IMG/VR virus record: IMGVR_UViG_3300045988_018861
Direction: 5' to 3' (one strand)
DNA length: 35,795 bases
From: a virus
Shown here: positions 24,949-33,085 of the stretch, one piece after another
Numbering within the stretch: the first letter of the stretch is position 1
How the letters are laid out: each line of letters begins with the position of its first letter
Made by a program: the position numbers and the translations under genes
The notes under the pieces: model-generated
The model's database searches: none
Seen by the model: only the letters and a program-made list of their open reading frames with translations
What the model was told of the DNA's origin: nothing

Positions 24949-25150
24949 CGAATTTGATTTTAGCCGACAGCGATGGGAGCATTTGATTGATAGCTATATT
25001 TTCAACGAGCGAGACCGAGAAATTTTGAAGCGCAGGTTGCTCGACTGCCGCACGTTTGAACAACTTGCATCGGAATTCGATTTGAGCACACAACATACTA
25101 AAACGATTGTGTACAAGGCGCAAAACAAGCTATACAGACACATTAAATAA
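24932..25150 (+). CDS. Sigma-70 region-4-like HTH protein (possible late-gene regulator)
   Basis: ...RDREILKRRLLDCRTFEQLASEFDLSTQHTKTIVYKAQNKL; TTG start with GGAGGT 8 nt upstream. Confidence 0.5.
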   Translation: MPKPTDEFDFSRQRWEHLIDSYIFNERDREILKRRLLDCRTFEQLASEFDLSTQHTKTIVYKAQNKLYRHIK

Positions 25151-25151
25151 T

Positions 25152-25183
25152 ATAGCCGCCCATTACAGGCGGCTATTTTTTAT
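25152..25183. terminator. Bidirectional hairpin terminator between convergent genes
   Basis: ATAGCCGCC-cattaca-GGCGGCTAT followed by a T6 run. Confidence 0.7.
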
Positions 25184-25488
25184 TCGATTGCGTCCAGCTT
25201 TTTCATGACGGCTGTGTATAGCTTCCCGTTGATGATTTTAATGGTATCCATCAATTCATCCATAACGGCAAAAATCTCAACGCTGTTCTTCCCGGAAACC
25301 GCAGACAAGAAATCGCTATCACCTGACACGTCAAGCGGTTCTGGCTGGGAAACTGCCGTTTTTGAAGAAAACATCTTATAAAGCATCGCACAGTACAACG
25401 GCGCAATTTTGGTTAATGCCGCAAAAGATGTATCGTAATTAGCTTCAGATTCGAGCAGCGTCTTTTCGATTTCGGAATAGTCGATCAT
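25180..25488 (-). CDS. Hypothetical protein
   Basis: 102-aa ORF, last gene of the minus-strand island. Confidence 0.55.
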   Translation of the reverse strand: MIDYSEIEKTLLESEANYDTSFAALTKIAPLYCAMLYKMFSSKTAVSQPEPLDVSGDSDFLSAVSGKNSVEIFAVMDELMDTIKIINGKLYTAVMKKLDAIE

Positions 25489-25503
25489 ATGTATATACCA
25501 TCT

Positions 25504-25815
25504 TTACATTTCGCGATACATAGCCTGCATATTTTTGACTTCCTGCGCCTTATCTACCTGCTTGTCGTGCAAATAGTCATATACGGCCTGCATCTCCGCT
25601 GGCGGCTCTCCGTGCTTTGCACGGTACTCCTTGATTACATCTGCAATTTCCGCGTGAAGCAGCGCCATATGGCGCAACTCGTCGGTAGAAAGGTCGTAAA
25701 ATGTCTTGGCAAGTTCAGGGCGTTCATCCTTGTACTTGACAGCGCACTTTGCGTACTTCCCCGCATCGTCAATTTCCTCGTCGATCATTGTTGACAGTTT
25801 TTCGATGAGTTTCAT
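25504..25815 (-). CDS. Hypothetical four-helix (ferritin-like?) protein
   Basis: MKLIEKLSTMIDEEIDDAGKYAKCAVKYKDERPELAKTFYDLSTDELRHMALLH...; GAGG RBS before ATG 25815. The longer 26094 start overlaps the upstream gene. Confidence 0.6.
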   Translation of the reverse strand: MKLIEKLSTMIDEEIDDAGKYAKCAVKYKDERPELAKTFYDLSTDELRHMALLHAEIADVIKEYRAKHGEPPAEMQAVYDYLHDKQVDKAQEVKNMQAMYREM

Positions 25816-25823
25816 GACACGCC

Positions 25824-26225
25824 TCACAGTTTGACGACCGTGACGGCAAGGTTGTCTACAACCGAAGCTGCGCCGCCGAGGACGAACGACAGGATGCTGC
25901 TTTCGCATCCGCAAGCGTTGCGAACGATGGCAGTCAGGCCAATGTTGACGGCTGTCGCGGCAGCGGCAACAGTTTCCGAGCCGGTTGCGCCGATGATTGC
26001 AACGCCGTCTTTCTGCGCGGTGACAGACACAGTTCCGGCCGCTGCCGGTGTGACCGTCGCGGAGACGTTTACGAGATAGTATCCATTGCCGCAAAGCGTG
26101 ATGGCGTTACCGTCCTGCTTGATGTTGCATCCATAACGCCGGGCGGTGCTACCAACCGGGATGATTCCACCGACAGCAACTGCCGGTGCGCTGGTGTTAG
26201 TCGTGTAGATAGCAGATTTACTCAT
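25824..26225 (-). CDS. Small beta-rich protein resembling BclA-C-terminal/C1q-TNF-like jelly-roll domains
   Basis: ...ITLCGNGYYLVNVSATVTP...VSVTAQKDGVAIIGA...LTAIVRNACGCE...LAVTVVKL. Confidence 0.45.
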   Translation of the reverse strand: MSKSAIYTTNTSAPAVAVGGIIPVGSTARRYGCNIKQDGNAITLCGNGYYLVNVSATVTPAAAGTVSVTAQKDGVAIIGATGSETVAAAATAVNIGLTAIVRNACGCESSILSFVLGGAASVVDNLAVTVVKL

Positions 26226-26246
26226 ATAATCAATCCTTTCATAATA

Positions 26247-26274
26247 TGAAAAATGGGGCAGCTATTGCCGCCCC
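26247..26274 (-). terminator. Intra-island hairpin followed by a T-run on the minus strand
   Basis: 8-bp GC stem (7 of 8 paired), 4-nt loop, then ATTTTTC on the minus strand. Confidence 0.45.
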
Positions 26275-26308
26275 AATAACCTCGCCTAAAAGGGCGTTAC
26301 CATGTGGT

Positions 26309-26905
26309 TTAGATGTTATTCCCACAGCCGCAGCCGCAACCGCAGAACGGGGAATTACCAGCGCTGTAAGAGTAGCTCATCGGATAACGGACAACGCCGC
26401 AGAAGCGGGAGTCCATCTCAAGGCTGGAAACCTTGTCACGAAGAGCCTGAATCTCGTTCGTCTGAATCAGCGCGCGAGTAGCTTCGCCCTCGGCATGAAT
26501 CGCCGTAGTGATGTCGCAAGCGTTCTGGTTCATCTGAGCAGACAGGTTCGCCGTGGCGAGCCGGTTGTCGCAGCAGCACTGCGCGAGCTGTGCGGACAGA
26601 TTGCGCCCCTCCGAGGTGATTGAGTTATTAAGCGCGAACGTACTGTCGCAGATACCGTTACCGATATTGTTCAGACGATCATTGAGCTGGCCGAACTGCT
26701 GACCAAACAAGATTTCCTGCTGGGAAGCAGCGGTTGCGTACTGACCAAATTCGCCCTGACGGTTGCCCCAGAAGCCGCCGCCGCCCATAAAGACGAACAG
26801 GAACAGGATGATGATCCACCAAGCGCCTCCGTTGTTCCACCCTTCGCCGCCACCATCAACGGCAGCACGAAGGTCAGAAAGACTGTAATTATCCAGAATA
26901 ATCAT
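26309..26905 (-). CDS. Membrane-anchored coiled-coil protein with Cys clusters and a C-terminal (CG)n tail
   Basis: TM helix AWWIIILFLFVFMGGGGFW; Cys clusters ICDS, QCCCDNR, NACD; C-terminus FCGCGCGCGNNI. Confidence 0.6.
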   Translation of the reverse strand: MIILDNYSLSDLRAAVDGGGEGWNNGGAWWIIILFLFVFMGGGGFWGNRQGEFGQYATAASQQEILFGQQFGQLNDRLNNIGNGICDSTFALNNSITSEGRNLSAQLAQCCCDNRLATANLSAQMNQNACDITTAIHAEGEATRALIQTNEIQALRDKVSSLEMDSRFCGVVRYPMSYSYSAGNSPFCGCGCGCGNNI

Positions 26906-26981
26906 TCCTTTCGATTTATTTAATAATCGGTGTGCACCCCTGATTATTTTTCAAAAAACTTTATTTTTTTATAAGAAAGTG

Positions 26982-27010
26982 TTTACATTTGCGCATATAT
27001 GTGCTATTAT
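26982..27010 (+). promoter_or_regulatory. Sigma-70-type promoter
   Basis: TTTACA, 17-nt spacer, TATTAT, in an AT-rich divergent region. Confidence 0.4.
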
Positions 27011-27063
27011 ATAATCACAGCAAGGGAAACAACAAAAAAACATTAAAAAGGGAGAAATTAAAA

Positions 27064-27264
27064 ATGAGTAAAAAGTTTTATGCAGTCCAGCACGGCAACG
27101 ATTTCGCAAGCGACAACGGCAGCACCGTTAAGCGCGAAGCCATGAAGATGGCACGAGAGCTTGGCAAGGAATTTCCGGAAGAGGAAATCCGCATTTGTGT
27201 CTGCCGCGAGGATGATGATTTTTGCGAGGAAGAAATCATTGTGAGAGAGGGAAACAGATTCTAA
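27064..27264 (+). CDS. Hypothetical small acidic protein
   Basis: AAGGGAGAAATTAAAA-ATG; the track's longer 26989 start lacks an RBS. Confidence 0.55.
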   Translation: MSKKFYAVQHGNDFASDNGSTVKREAMKMARELGKEFPEEEIRICVCREDDDFCEEEIIVREGNRF

Positions 27265-27279
27265 AACAGACTTTACAGA

Positions 27280-27306
27280 GGGCGGCGAGACAGCCGCCCT
27301 TTTTTA
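27280..27306. terminator. Bidirectional hairpin terminator
   Basis: GGGCGGC-gagaca-GCCGCCC followed by a T6 run. Confidence 0.7.
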
Positions 27307-27522
27307 TTTGAGAAGTTGCATAAATGATTGCGCTTGCTGTTTCAGGCTTTCAAACTGCGCTTGCGACATTTGACCGGATGTGAGCATTTTCTCGATCTGC
27401 TGTTGGGCTTTTTGCGGCGTCATGGACTTTGCAAACTGCCGGAATTGCGCGATCATCTGCATTGGGTTACTTGCCGGTTGCGTCTGCTGCATCGGGTTCG
27501 CCCCGAAGATGCTGCTTGCCAT
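27304..27522 (-). CDS. Gln-rich hypothetical protein
   Basis: MASSIFGANPMQQTQPASNPMQMIAQFRQF...QAQFESLKQQAQSFMQLLK. Confidence 0.5.
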   Translation of the reverse strand: MASSIFGANPMQQTQPASNPMQMIAQFRQFAKSMTPQKAQQQIEKMLTSGQMSQAQFESLKQQAQSFMQLLK

Positions 27523-27865
27523 TTAGCACCATTCCTTTCAATTCGTCAAATTCTTTGCGCGTTACATAGTCCTCGGCAGGAGCGACTGACTGCATATCAT
27601 CGCACGGGGAAAACTTGAACCGCCTGATGGACGCAAAGCCCGCACCGTCAGTGCTCTTGATGTAAAAATAATCCTCGTTCGCGTCAAACAGTGCGACAGA
27701 AGCATTCGCGCCCATCTGATAGGCTTGCGCGCCTGGAAGGCCATTCACGCGGATGATCTGGCTCGGCTGGGTGCTCACCTGCCCCTGCGCTGACATCGCG
27801 TTGAGCCTATCCATATACGGATTGTTATATTGCATCGGATTTATATACGGATTGTAATATGCCAT
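27467..27865 (-). CDS. Hypothetical protein with a Tyr/Asn/Pro-rich N-terminus
   Basis: MAYYNPYINPMQYNNPYMDRLN...VALFDANEDYFYIKSTDGAGFASIRRFKF; GAGGTG RBS before ATG 27865. Confidence 0.55.
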   Translation of the reverse strand: MAYYNPYINPMQYNNPYMDRLNAMSAQGQVSTQPSQIIRVNGLPGAQAYQMGANASVALFDANEDYFYIKSTDGAGFASIRRFKFSPCDDMQSVAPAEDYVTRKEFDELKGMVLNGKQHLRGEPDAADATGK

Positions 27866-27972
27866 GATAGCACCTCGTTTCTTACTCCCATGGTATCTTA
27901 GATGGGCGGGAAATGAAAGCAAGTAAAGGTCCGAATTTCGTCTGAATTTTGTATATTTTTTTGAGAAATGTA

Positions 27973-28001
27973 TTGACAATTTAACAAAAATGGTTTATAC
28001 T
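27973..28001 (+). promoter_or_regulatory. Sigma-70-type promoter for the replication-module operon
   Basis: TTGACA, 17-nt spacer, TATACT. Confidence 0.55.
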
Positions 28002-28026
28002 ATAATCACGAAAAGGAGATGATATC

Positions 28027-28260
28027 TTGCCAAGAAAAGCGAAAGACAACGCATCCGGCGTAAAGGATCTTGCACTATATGTGCTTCGTGCAGCAGCTTT
28101 TGACATCCAAAGCGGCGGAAGGGACGAAGAAAGGTGCATCAAAGAAATCAGGGCCGGAGGCATCGACCTGTATCTTGGGTTGCTTGAAACGGAAATGACT
28201 GCAGAAGAGTTCATTTCGTTTTCAAAAAAAGGAGGTAAAAAGAATGTACAAATGTCTTAA
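28027..28260 (+). CDS. Hypothetical protein
   Basis: TTG start with AAAGGAG RBS. Confidence 0.45.
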   Translation: MPRKAKDNASGVKDLALYVLRAAAFDIQSGGRDEERCIKEIRAGGIDLYLGLLETEMTAEEFISFSKKGGKKNVQMS

Positions 28261-28720
28261 CTGCGGCCACGTTTTCGATGATGGCGAGCAGGCAAGATGG
28301 AAAGAGGACGACGGATGGCACGACGGATGCCCTGTGTGCAAAGAAGCATACGGAGAGACGATGCATTGCGCTAGATGCGGCAGAGAGTTTCTAGATGATG
28401 AATTGTTCGGCGGTTACTGCTTCGACTGTCTGGCGGATATGCTTACGCCGCAGACAGCACTTGCGTATATGCTTGACGAGAAGCTGTTTGCGCGGTATAT
28501 GTTCGACCAGTGCTGGAAATCGTCCGTTCCGGAGAGAATCGGAACGCCGCTGGAGCTGGTGATGCTGAAAGAATACTATGACTTCGTTCTTCGGTATGAA
28601 CAAGGCGATGGCGGCGCGTATTACCAGATGAAACTTCTGGAAGATTTTATCTTCAACATTAACGACATCTGTGAAAAAGAGAGATTCGGCGAATGGTGCG
28701 CCGAGAAAAAGAAAGGGTGA
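28244..28720 (+). CDS. Zinc-ribbon hypothetical protein
   Basis: MYKCLNCGH...CPVCKE...CARCG...CFDC. Confidence 0.6.
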   Translation: MYKCLNCGHVFDDGEQARWKEDDGWHDGCPVCKEAYGETMHCARCGREFLDDELFGGYCFDCLADMLTPQTALAYMLDEKLFARYMFDQCWKSSVPERIGTPLELVMLKEYYDFVLRYEQGDGGAYYQMKLLEDFIFNINDICEKERFGEWCAEKKKG

Positions 28721-28724
28721 TTAT

Positions 28725-29348
28725 ATGGCAGTGCTTTGCATGGTGTACGGCCAGAGCGGCACGGGAAAGTCCACAAGCCTGCGGAACTTCGGGCGAGACG
28801 ACGTGGCGATCGTCAATGTATCCGGCAAGCCACTTCCGTTCCGAAACGACTTGAAAACATTCAAAAGCGATAATTACGCCGCTATCACGCGGGCAATTAA
28901 GGCCGCGCCGCAAAAGTCAATCGTGATTGATGATGCGACTTATCTGATGGTTAACGCTTTTATGCGCAATGCCAAGGTTACAGGCTACCAGAAGTACACC
29001 GATTTTGCGTGCGACTTCAACAACCTGATTGATGCGTGCGGCCAGCTCCCGGATGATAAGATCGTTTATTTCATCGGCCACAGCGATCAGAAGGACGATG
29101 GGTCAGAGCATTTTAAAACCATCGGGAAGATGCTTGACAATTACGTCACGCTGGAAGGCAAGTTCACAATCGTCCTAAAAACCGTGGTGCAGGATGGGCG
29201 ATACCTTTTCAGCACCCAAAACAACGGGCAGGACACAGTTAAGACCCCGATGGGGCTTTTCGACAAGCCTCTTATTGATAATGACCTTCGGTATGTGGAC
29301 GAACAAATAAGAAATTATTGGCAGATGGGAGGCGGCGAGGATGCCTGA
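28725..29348 (+). CDS. P-loop ATPase (Sak4-like / RecA-like recombination ATPase)
   Basis: Walker A VYGQSGTGKST, Walker B-like SIVIDDATY; located next to a DUF669-type gene. Confidence 0.7.
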   Translation: MAVLCMVYGQSGTGKSTSLRNFGRDDVAIVNVSGKPLPFRNDLKTFKSDNYAAITRAIKAAPQKSIVIDDATYLMVNAFMRNAKVTGYQKYTDFACDFNNLIDACGQLPDDKIVYFIGHSDQKDDGSEHFKTIGKMLDNYVTLEGKFTIVLKTVVQDGRYLFSTQNNGQDTVKTPMGLFDKPLIDNDLRYVDEQIRNYWQMGGGEDA

Positions 29349-29586
29349 TTTTGAATCCGGCATCACGTCTTATGTCCACGCAACTGCCACAGTGGATGTG
29401 TTTTTTCCCGTTGACAAGCGCGGCACGGCAGACATTAGCTGCCACCAGTGCCCGTACTTGTCCAGCAACGAGCGGATGTGCCAACTAAACAAAGAGCCTA
29501 CGGCATATCCTAACAAGTATGTAGGCGGCAAGTGTCCGCTTAAAATAACAAATAACATGGAGGCAAACGAAAATGAAAGCATTTGA
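29341..29586 (+). CDS. Hypothetical Cys-containing protein
   Basis: 81-aa ORF with overlap-coupled start. Confidence 0.5.
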   Translation: MPDFESGITSYVHATATVDVFFPVDKRGTADISCHQCPYLSSNERMCQLNKEPTAYPNKYVGGKCPLKITNNMEANENESI

Positions 29587-30136
29587 CGGTTACAAAGCAG
29601 AGGCCATGCGCATGAGCGAGCCGCTTCCGGCTGGCGGCTATGTCGCTAAAATCATGGGGGCAGAGGTGAAGTATTACACGTGGGGCGAACAGCTTGTGAT
29701 TTCGTTCGACATCGCCGAGGGCGATCACAAAAACCACTTCGCGGAGGAATGGAAGAACAACCAGAACGAGGACAAAAAGTGGAAAGGCAATTACCGCCTG
29801 ACCGTACCGGATGAAAGAAACCAGCGGGTTGACAGCCAGAAGCGGCAGTTTGGCAATGCAATGTGGGCAATCGAGCAGAGCAATCCGGGCTATCATTGGG
29901 ATTGGGACGAAACCGGTCTTAAAGGCAAGACCGTGGGCGTGCTGTTCCGCAACCGCGAGTGGGAATTCAACGGTAGCACCGGCTGGACAACCGAATGCGG
30001 TATGTTTCTTGATGCGCAGTCCGTCCGCGATGGCAAGTACAAGCCGATGAAAGATCGTCCGCTGAAAAAGAGTGCACAGGAATCCACGACGTTCACGGAG
30101 CTCCCGGCGGAGGACGACGCAGACCTCCCGTTTTAA
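29573..30136 (+). CDS. DUF669-type single-stranded-DNA-binding-like protein
   Basis: Acidic C-terminal tail EDDADLPF is typical of SSB partner-binding tips; located next to the Sak4-like ATPase. Confidence 0.6.
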   Translation: MKAFDGYKAEAMRMSEPLPAGGYVAKIMGAEVKYYTWGEQLVISFDIAEGDHKNHFAEEWKNNQNEDKKWKGNYRLTVPDERNQRVDSQKRQFGNAMWAIEQSNPGYHWDWDETGLKGKTVGVLFRNREWEFNGSTGWTTECGMFLDAQSVRDGKYKPMKDRPLKKSAQESTTFTELPAEDDADLPF

Positions 30137-30146
30137 CCAAGGCTGA

Positions 30147-30656
30147 ATGAACCCACCTGAAATACAAAAAGCGCTATCTACCATGACTATCATCGTCGAT
30201 AGCAGAGAGCACGAAACGCCGGAGGCCGCCAAAAGATGGAATTCCTTCGGCGTTCCGTGGGAGTGTGTGAAGCTGGATAGCGGCGACTATTCTGCCGTGT
30301 TTGTGCTTCCGGGCGAGCAAAAATGGCGCGTACCGTGCTGCGTGGAGCGCAAAATGTCGTTGAGCGAGATATGCTCAAACTTCGGCCAAAACCGGAAAAG
30401 GTTCGTGAACGAATTCGAGCGGCTAAAGCAATCAGGGGAGCGGGTGTATCTGCTGATTGAGGGCGCGAGCTGGGAAAAAGCATACGCCGGACGATATCGG
30501 TCGAAGATGCTGCCGCAAGCCCTGGTCGCGTCTTTGATCGCGTGGATGGCAAGATATGATGCACACATTGTTTTTTGCCATCCAGATACAACGCCAAAAC
30601 TAATACACGATATTTTATATCGAGAAGCAAAGGAGCGATTGCAAAGTGAATTTTGA
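30147..30656 (+). CDS. ERCC4/XPF-type nuclease (structure-specific / Holliday-junction-resolving candidate)
   Basis: IIVDSREH...SGDY...VERKMSLSEI (ERK motif). Confidence 0.7.
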   Translation: MNPPEIQKALSTMTIIVDSREHETPEAAKRWNSFGVPWECVKLDSGDYSAVFVLPGEQKWRVPCCVERKMSLSEICSNFGQNRKRFVNEFERLKQSGERVYLLIEGASWEKAYAGRYRSKMLPQALVASLIAWMARYDAHIVFCHPDTTPKLIHDILYREAKERLQSEF

Positions 30657-31095
30657 ACCTTGCACACCTACGGGATGCGAGGAGGTAAAAAAAGAAAAGC
30701 GAAAAGGGAACTACAGATACACGAGAAATAGAGAAATTGCGATTAAAATGCGTGAAAACGGTATGTCATTTCAGCAAATTGCAGACGAGCTCGGCGTTAC
30801 AAAGCAGCGCGTATCGCAATATTGCGCCGGTGTAAATGCGAAACATTACCGTTTTTGCGGCGAAAAAACGTGCATTTATGTCGGGCTGCGCGATTGGATG
30901 AATAGGAACGGAGTAAACACAACCGTGCTTCTGCAAATGATGGGATATGTTTACAACCCCGGCTCGACCGAAAGATGGCGAGGAAAATTTGCAGGAAAAA
31001 GTGCGCTTAAAATCGACGAAATCAAAAAAATTCTTGCCGTTACCGGCTTGACATTCGAACAGGCTTTCGGCGAAGTGGAGGTAAAAAATGATTAA
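30646..31095 (+). CDS. HTH DNA-binding protein
   Basis: MRENGMSFQQIADELGVTKQRVSQY; GTG start. Confidence 0.55.
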   Translation: MNFEPCTPTGCEEVKKEKRKGNYRYTRNREIAIKMRENGMSFQQIADELGVTKQRVSQYCAGVNAKHYRFCGEKTCIYVGLRDWMNRNGVNTTVLLQMMGYVYNPGSTERWRGKFAGKSALKIDEIKKILAVTGLTFEQAFGEVEVKND

Positions 31096-31600
31096 GGACA
31101 GCGGAGAAAGGACGATGTTTGACACCGGTGCGGTTAGGGATATGCACGAGGGGAAAGGCCGATTTGATCTGCTCCCCATGTGCGTCCTTATGCGCCTCGC
31201 AAAACATTATGAAGCAGGAGCAAAAAAATATGAAGAAAGAGGATGGGAAAAGGGAATCCCGACGCATAGCTTCGCAGACGGCGCAATGCGGCATTTTGTC
31301 AAATACATGGACGGCCAAACCGATGAAGATCATCTGATCGCCGCCATTTGGAATCTGTGCGGCCTCGCGTGGACTGAGGAAAAGATGCCGGAAATGATGG
31401 ATATCCCCGCGCGGATGCAAAGCAAAAAGGCGCAGACCTCATCGGCCACCACAACCGTAAAAACTTGCGTATCTGCCATTTTTGAGAATGGCGGGTATAC
31501 TATCTATAATAACGGAAAAATCGTCGAGAAGGGCGTTTCTGCGCCCAGAATGCGTGAGATTATTTCCAAGTTGGAGGGGAAAAATGGGAACGTTCACTGA
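31088..31600 (+). CDS. dATP/dGTP diphosphohydrolase-type (DUF5664) domain protein
   Basis: DSGERTMFDTGAVRDMHEGKGRFDLLP...LAKHYEAGAKKYEERGWEKG...AMRHFVKY...DEDHLIAAIWN. Confidence 0.65.
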   Translation: MIKDSGERTMFDTGAVRDMHEGKGRFDLLPMCVLMRLAKHYEAGAKKYEERGWEKGIPTHSFADGAMRHFVKYMDGQTDEDHLIAAIWNLCGLAWTEEKMPEMMDIPARMQSKKAQTSSATTTVKTCVSAIFENGGYTIYNNGKIVEKGVSAPRMREIISKLEGKNGNVH

Positions 31601-31817
31601 AAATTTCCGGGAGATTCGGGAGCGAAGAGGATATTCACTTAACCGTCTACAGCACGTGACCGGCATTAGCCGCGCAACTTTATCGAAGTATCAGGCCGGG
31701 CTCGTATCGCCACGGCTAAACATGTTGATCGCAATCGCAGACGCGCTGCACGTCGGCCTTGATGATCTGACGGGATATACTGCAAAGCCGTCGTTTGAAG
31801 ATAGGTTTTGCAGATGA
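31584..31817 (+). CDS. XRE-family HTH transcriptional regulator
   Basis: FRE IRERRGYSLNRLQHVTGISRATLSKYQAG...IADAL; GGAGGGG RBS before ATG 31584. Confidence 0.75.
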   Translation: MGTFTENFREIRERRGYSLNRLQHVTGISRATLSKYQAGLVSPRLNMLIAIADALHVGLDDLTGYTAKPSFEDRFCR

Positions 31818-32359
31818 ACGTTGAGCTGATTAAATATCCGTCAGACGCTGACTGGATGTTTTGCAAGGAATGTACGCTTGTTACCGTGGGCAAGCATCCC
31901 GTCCAGTCACCATCGCAGGCGTGGAAAAGCGAGATTTTGGAGGCGCGGCACAGCCCGATCAGGACGTTGCAGTTCGCTTTCCGTATCACCGATTTGCCAT
32001 ACTGGGTTAGCGTCCATCTATGCAGGCACGTCCATGCGCAGCCGTTTGTACGCAGCCAGCGCAACGATCGGCAGAGCGATTATGACCGCACGAAAGCCCC
32101 GCAGGACGCGCCAGTTGATATGATCTGGTACCTCAACGCAGAAGAGCTGCAAATCATCGCCAACAAGAGGCTATGCAACATGGCTAGTCCAGAAACGCGC
32201 GAGGTTGTGAAAAAAATGTGCCGCGAGGTGCTGAAAGTGTGCCCAGAGTTTACAGGGCTGCTTGTGCCATCTTGCGCCTATCAGGGTGGTGCGTGCCATG
32301 AATTCAACGGGGGATGTAAAAAAAATAAAAAACTACTTGACGCGATACGGCTGATGTAG
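31814..32359 (+). CDS. ThyX-like (flavin-dependent thymidylate synthase fold) protein, divergent signature
   Basis: ...RTLQFAFRITDLPYWVSVHLCRHVHAQPFVRSQRNDRQ...NAEELQIIANKRLCNMASPETREV... RHVHAQ replaces the canonical RHR..S. Confidence 0.5.
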   Translation: MNVELIKYPSDADWMFCKECTLVTVGKHPVQSPSQAWKSEILEARHSPIRTLQFAFRITDLPYWVSVHLCRHVHAQPFVRSQRNDRQSDYDRTKAPQDAPVDMIWYLNAEELQIIANKRLCNMASPETREVVKKMCREVLKVCPEFTGLLVPSCAYQGGACHEFNGGCKKNKKLLDAIRLM

Positions 32360-32442
32360 TATTATAATGTTGTCCATGAGTTCGACGCGGACAAGTGGTT
32401 CCCTTCTTTTTTTATCTCCTTTTTGTTGGTTTCTCTTTGGGA

Positions 32443-32491
32443 GTACCCGTAGGCTTTAACCTTTCGGCCTGCGGGTATTCCCATATTTTTT
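32443..32491 (+). terminator. Hairpin (possible terminator/attenuator) upstream of the primase-module genes
   Basis: ACCCGTAGGC / GCCTGCGGGT stem (one G-U pair); the T-run lies about 9 nt downstream. Confidence 0.3.
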
Positions 32492-32515
32492 ACCATTTCT
32501 GGGGGAAAATCAAAA

Positions 32516-33085
32516 ATGTATAGTTATCTGTATACCATCGCGGAAGAAATAAAATCCAGCCTTGCGACCGAGGACGTGCTGCGGTATTATGGTTTCACCA
32601 TTAACCGATCAAGGAAGATGTACTGCCCGTTTCACGCGGACACAAAGCATCCGTCGATGCACATATATCCCGGCTCTGGCGGTTATCACTGCTTCACCTG
32701 CGGCGCGTCAGGGGACGTTATATCATTTGTTCGTGACTATTTTGGGCTTGGGTTTAAGGGCGCGATTGAAAAACTTAACGCGGATTTTTCGCTTGGTTAT
32801 CCTATCGGCGAAAAAATGACGATGCGTCAGAAGCATAAATTTGACCGTATAAGGGCTGAACGTGAAAATAGTATAAAGACGCGAGAAGAAAATAAAAATC
32901 GCTTAGAGCGCGAATTTTGGGCGAAATTCGATGCATGGAAGCAAATAGATGATGTAATTACGTCCGAGAAACCAAAAAGAGAGGGGGATGCAATTACAGA
33001 TGAGTATGCAAATGCGCTGAAAAAGAAAGACCTGGCAGAATACGAGTTATATTTGGCAGAAAGGGAGATAAGAAAAAATGCTTAG
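32516..33085 (+). CDS. CHC2 (DnaG-type) zinc-finger protein
   Basis: CPFHADTKHPSMHIY...YHCFTCGASGDVISFV. Confidence 0.8.
   Translation: MYSYLYTIAEEIKSSLATEDVLRYYGFTINRSRKMYCPFHADTKHPSMHIYPGSGGYHCFTCGASGDVISFVRDYFGLGFKGAIEKLNADFSLGYPIGEKMTMRQKHKFDRIRAERENSIKTREENKNRLEREFWAKFDAWKQIDDVITSEKPKREGDAITDEYANALKKKDLAEYELYLAEREIRKNA

Noticed and set aside
25504-26094. 196-aa version of the minus-strand helical-bundle gene
   Set aside because: The N-terminal 93 aa (Arg/Cys/His-rich) overlap the better-supported 25824-26225 gene in another frame. A GAGG RBS precedes the internal ATG at 25815, which starts the recognisable MKLIEKL... protein.
32360-32515. Riboswitch or structured leader RNA upstream of the CHC2 zinc-finger gene
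   Set aside because: It contains only two simple hairpins (TTGTCC...GGACAA and ACCCGTAGGC...GCCTGCGGGT) with T-rich tails, and I cannot match any conserved riboswitch core. It is more likely terminator/attenuator structure after the ThyX-like operon.
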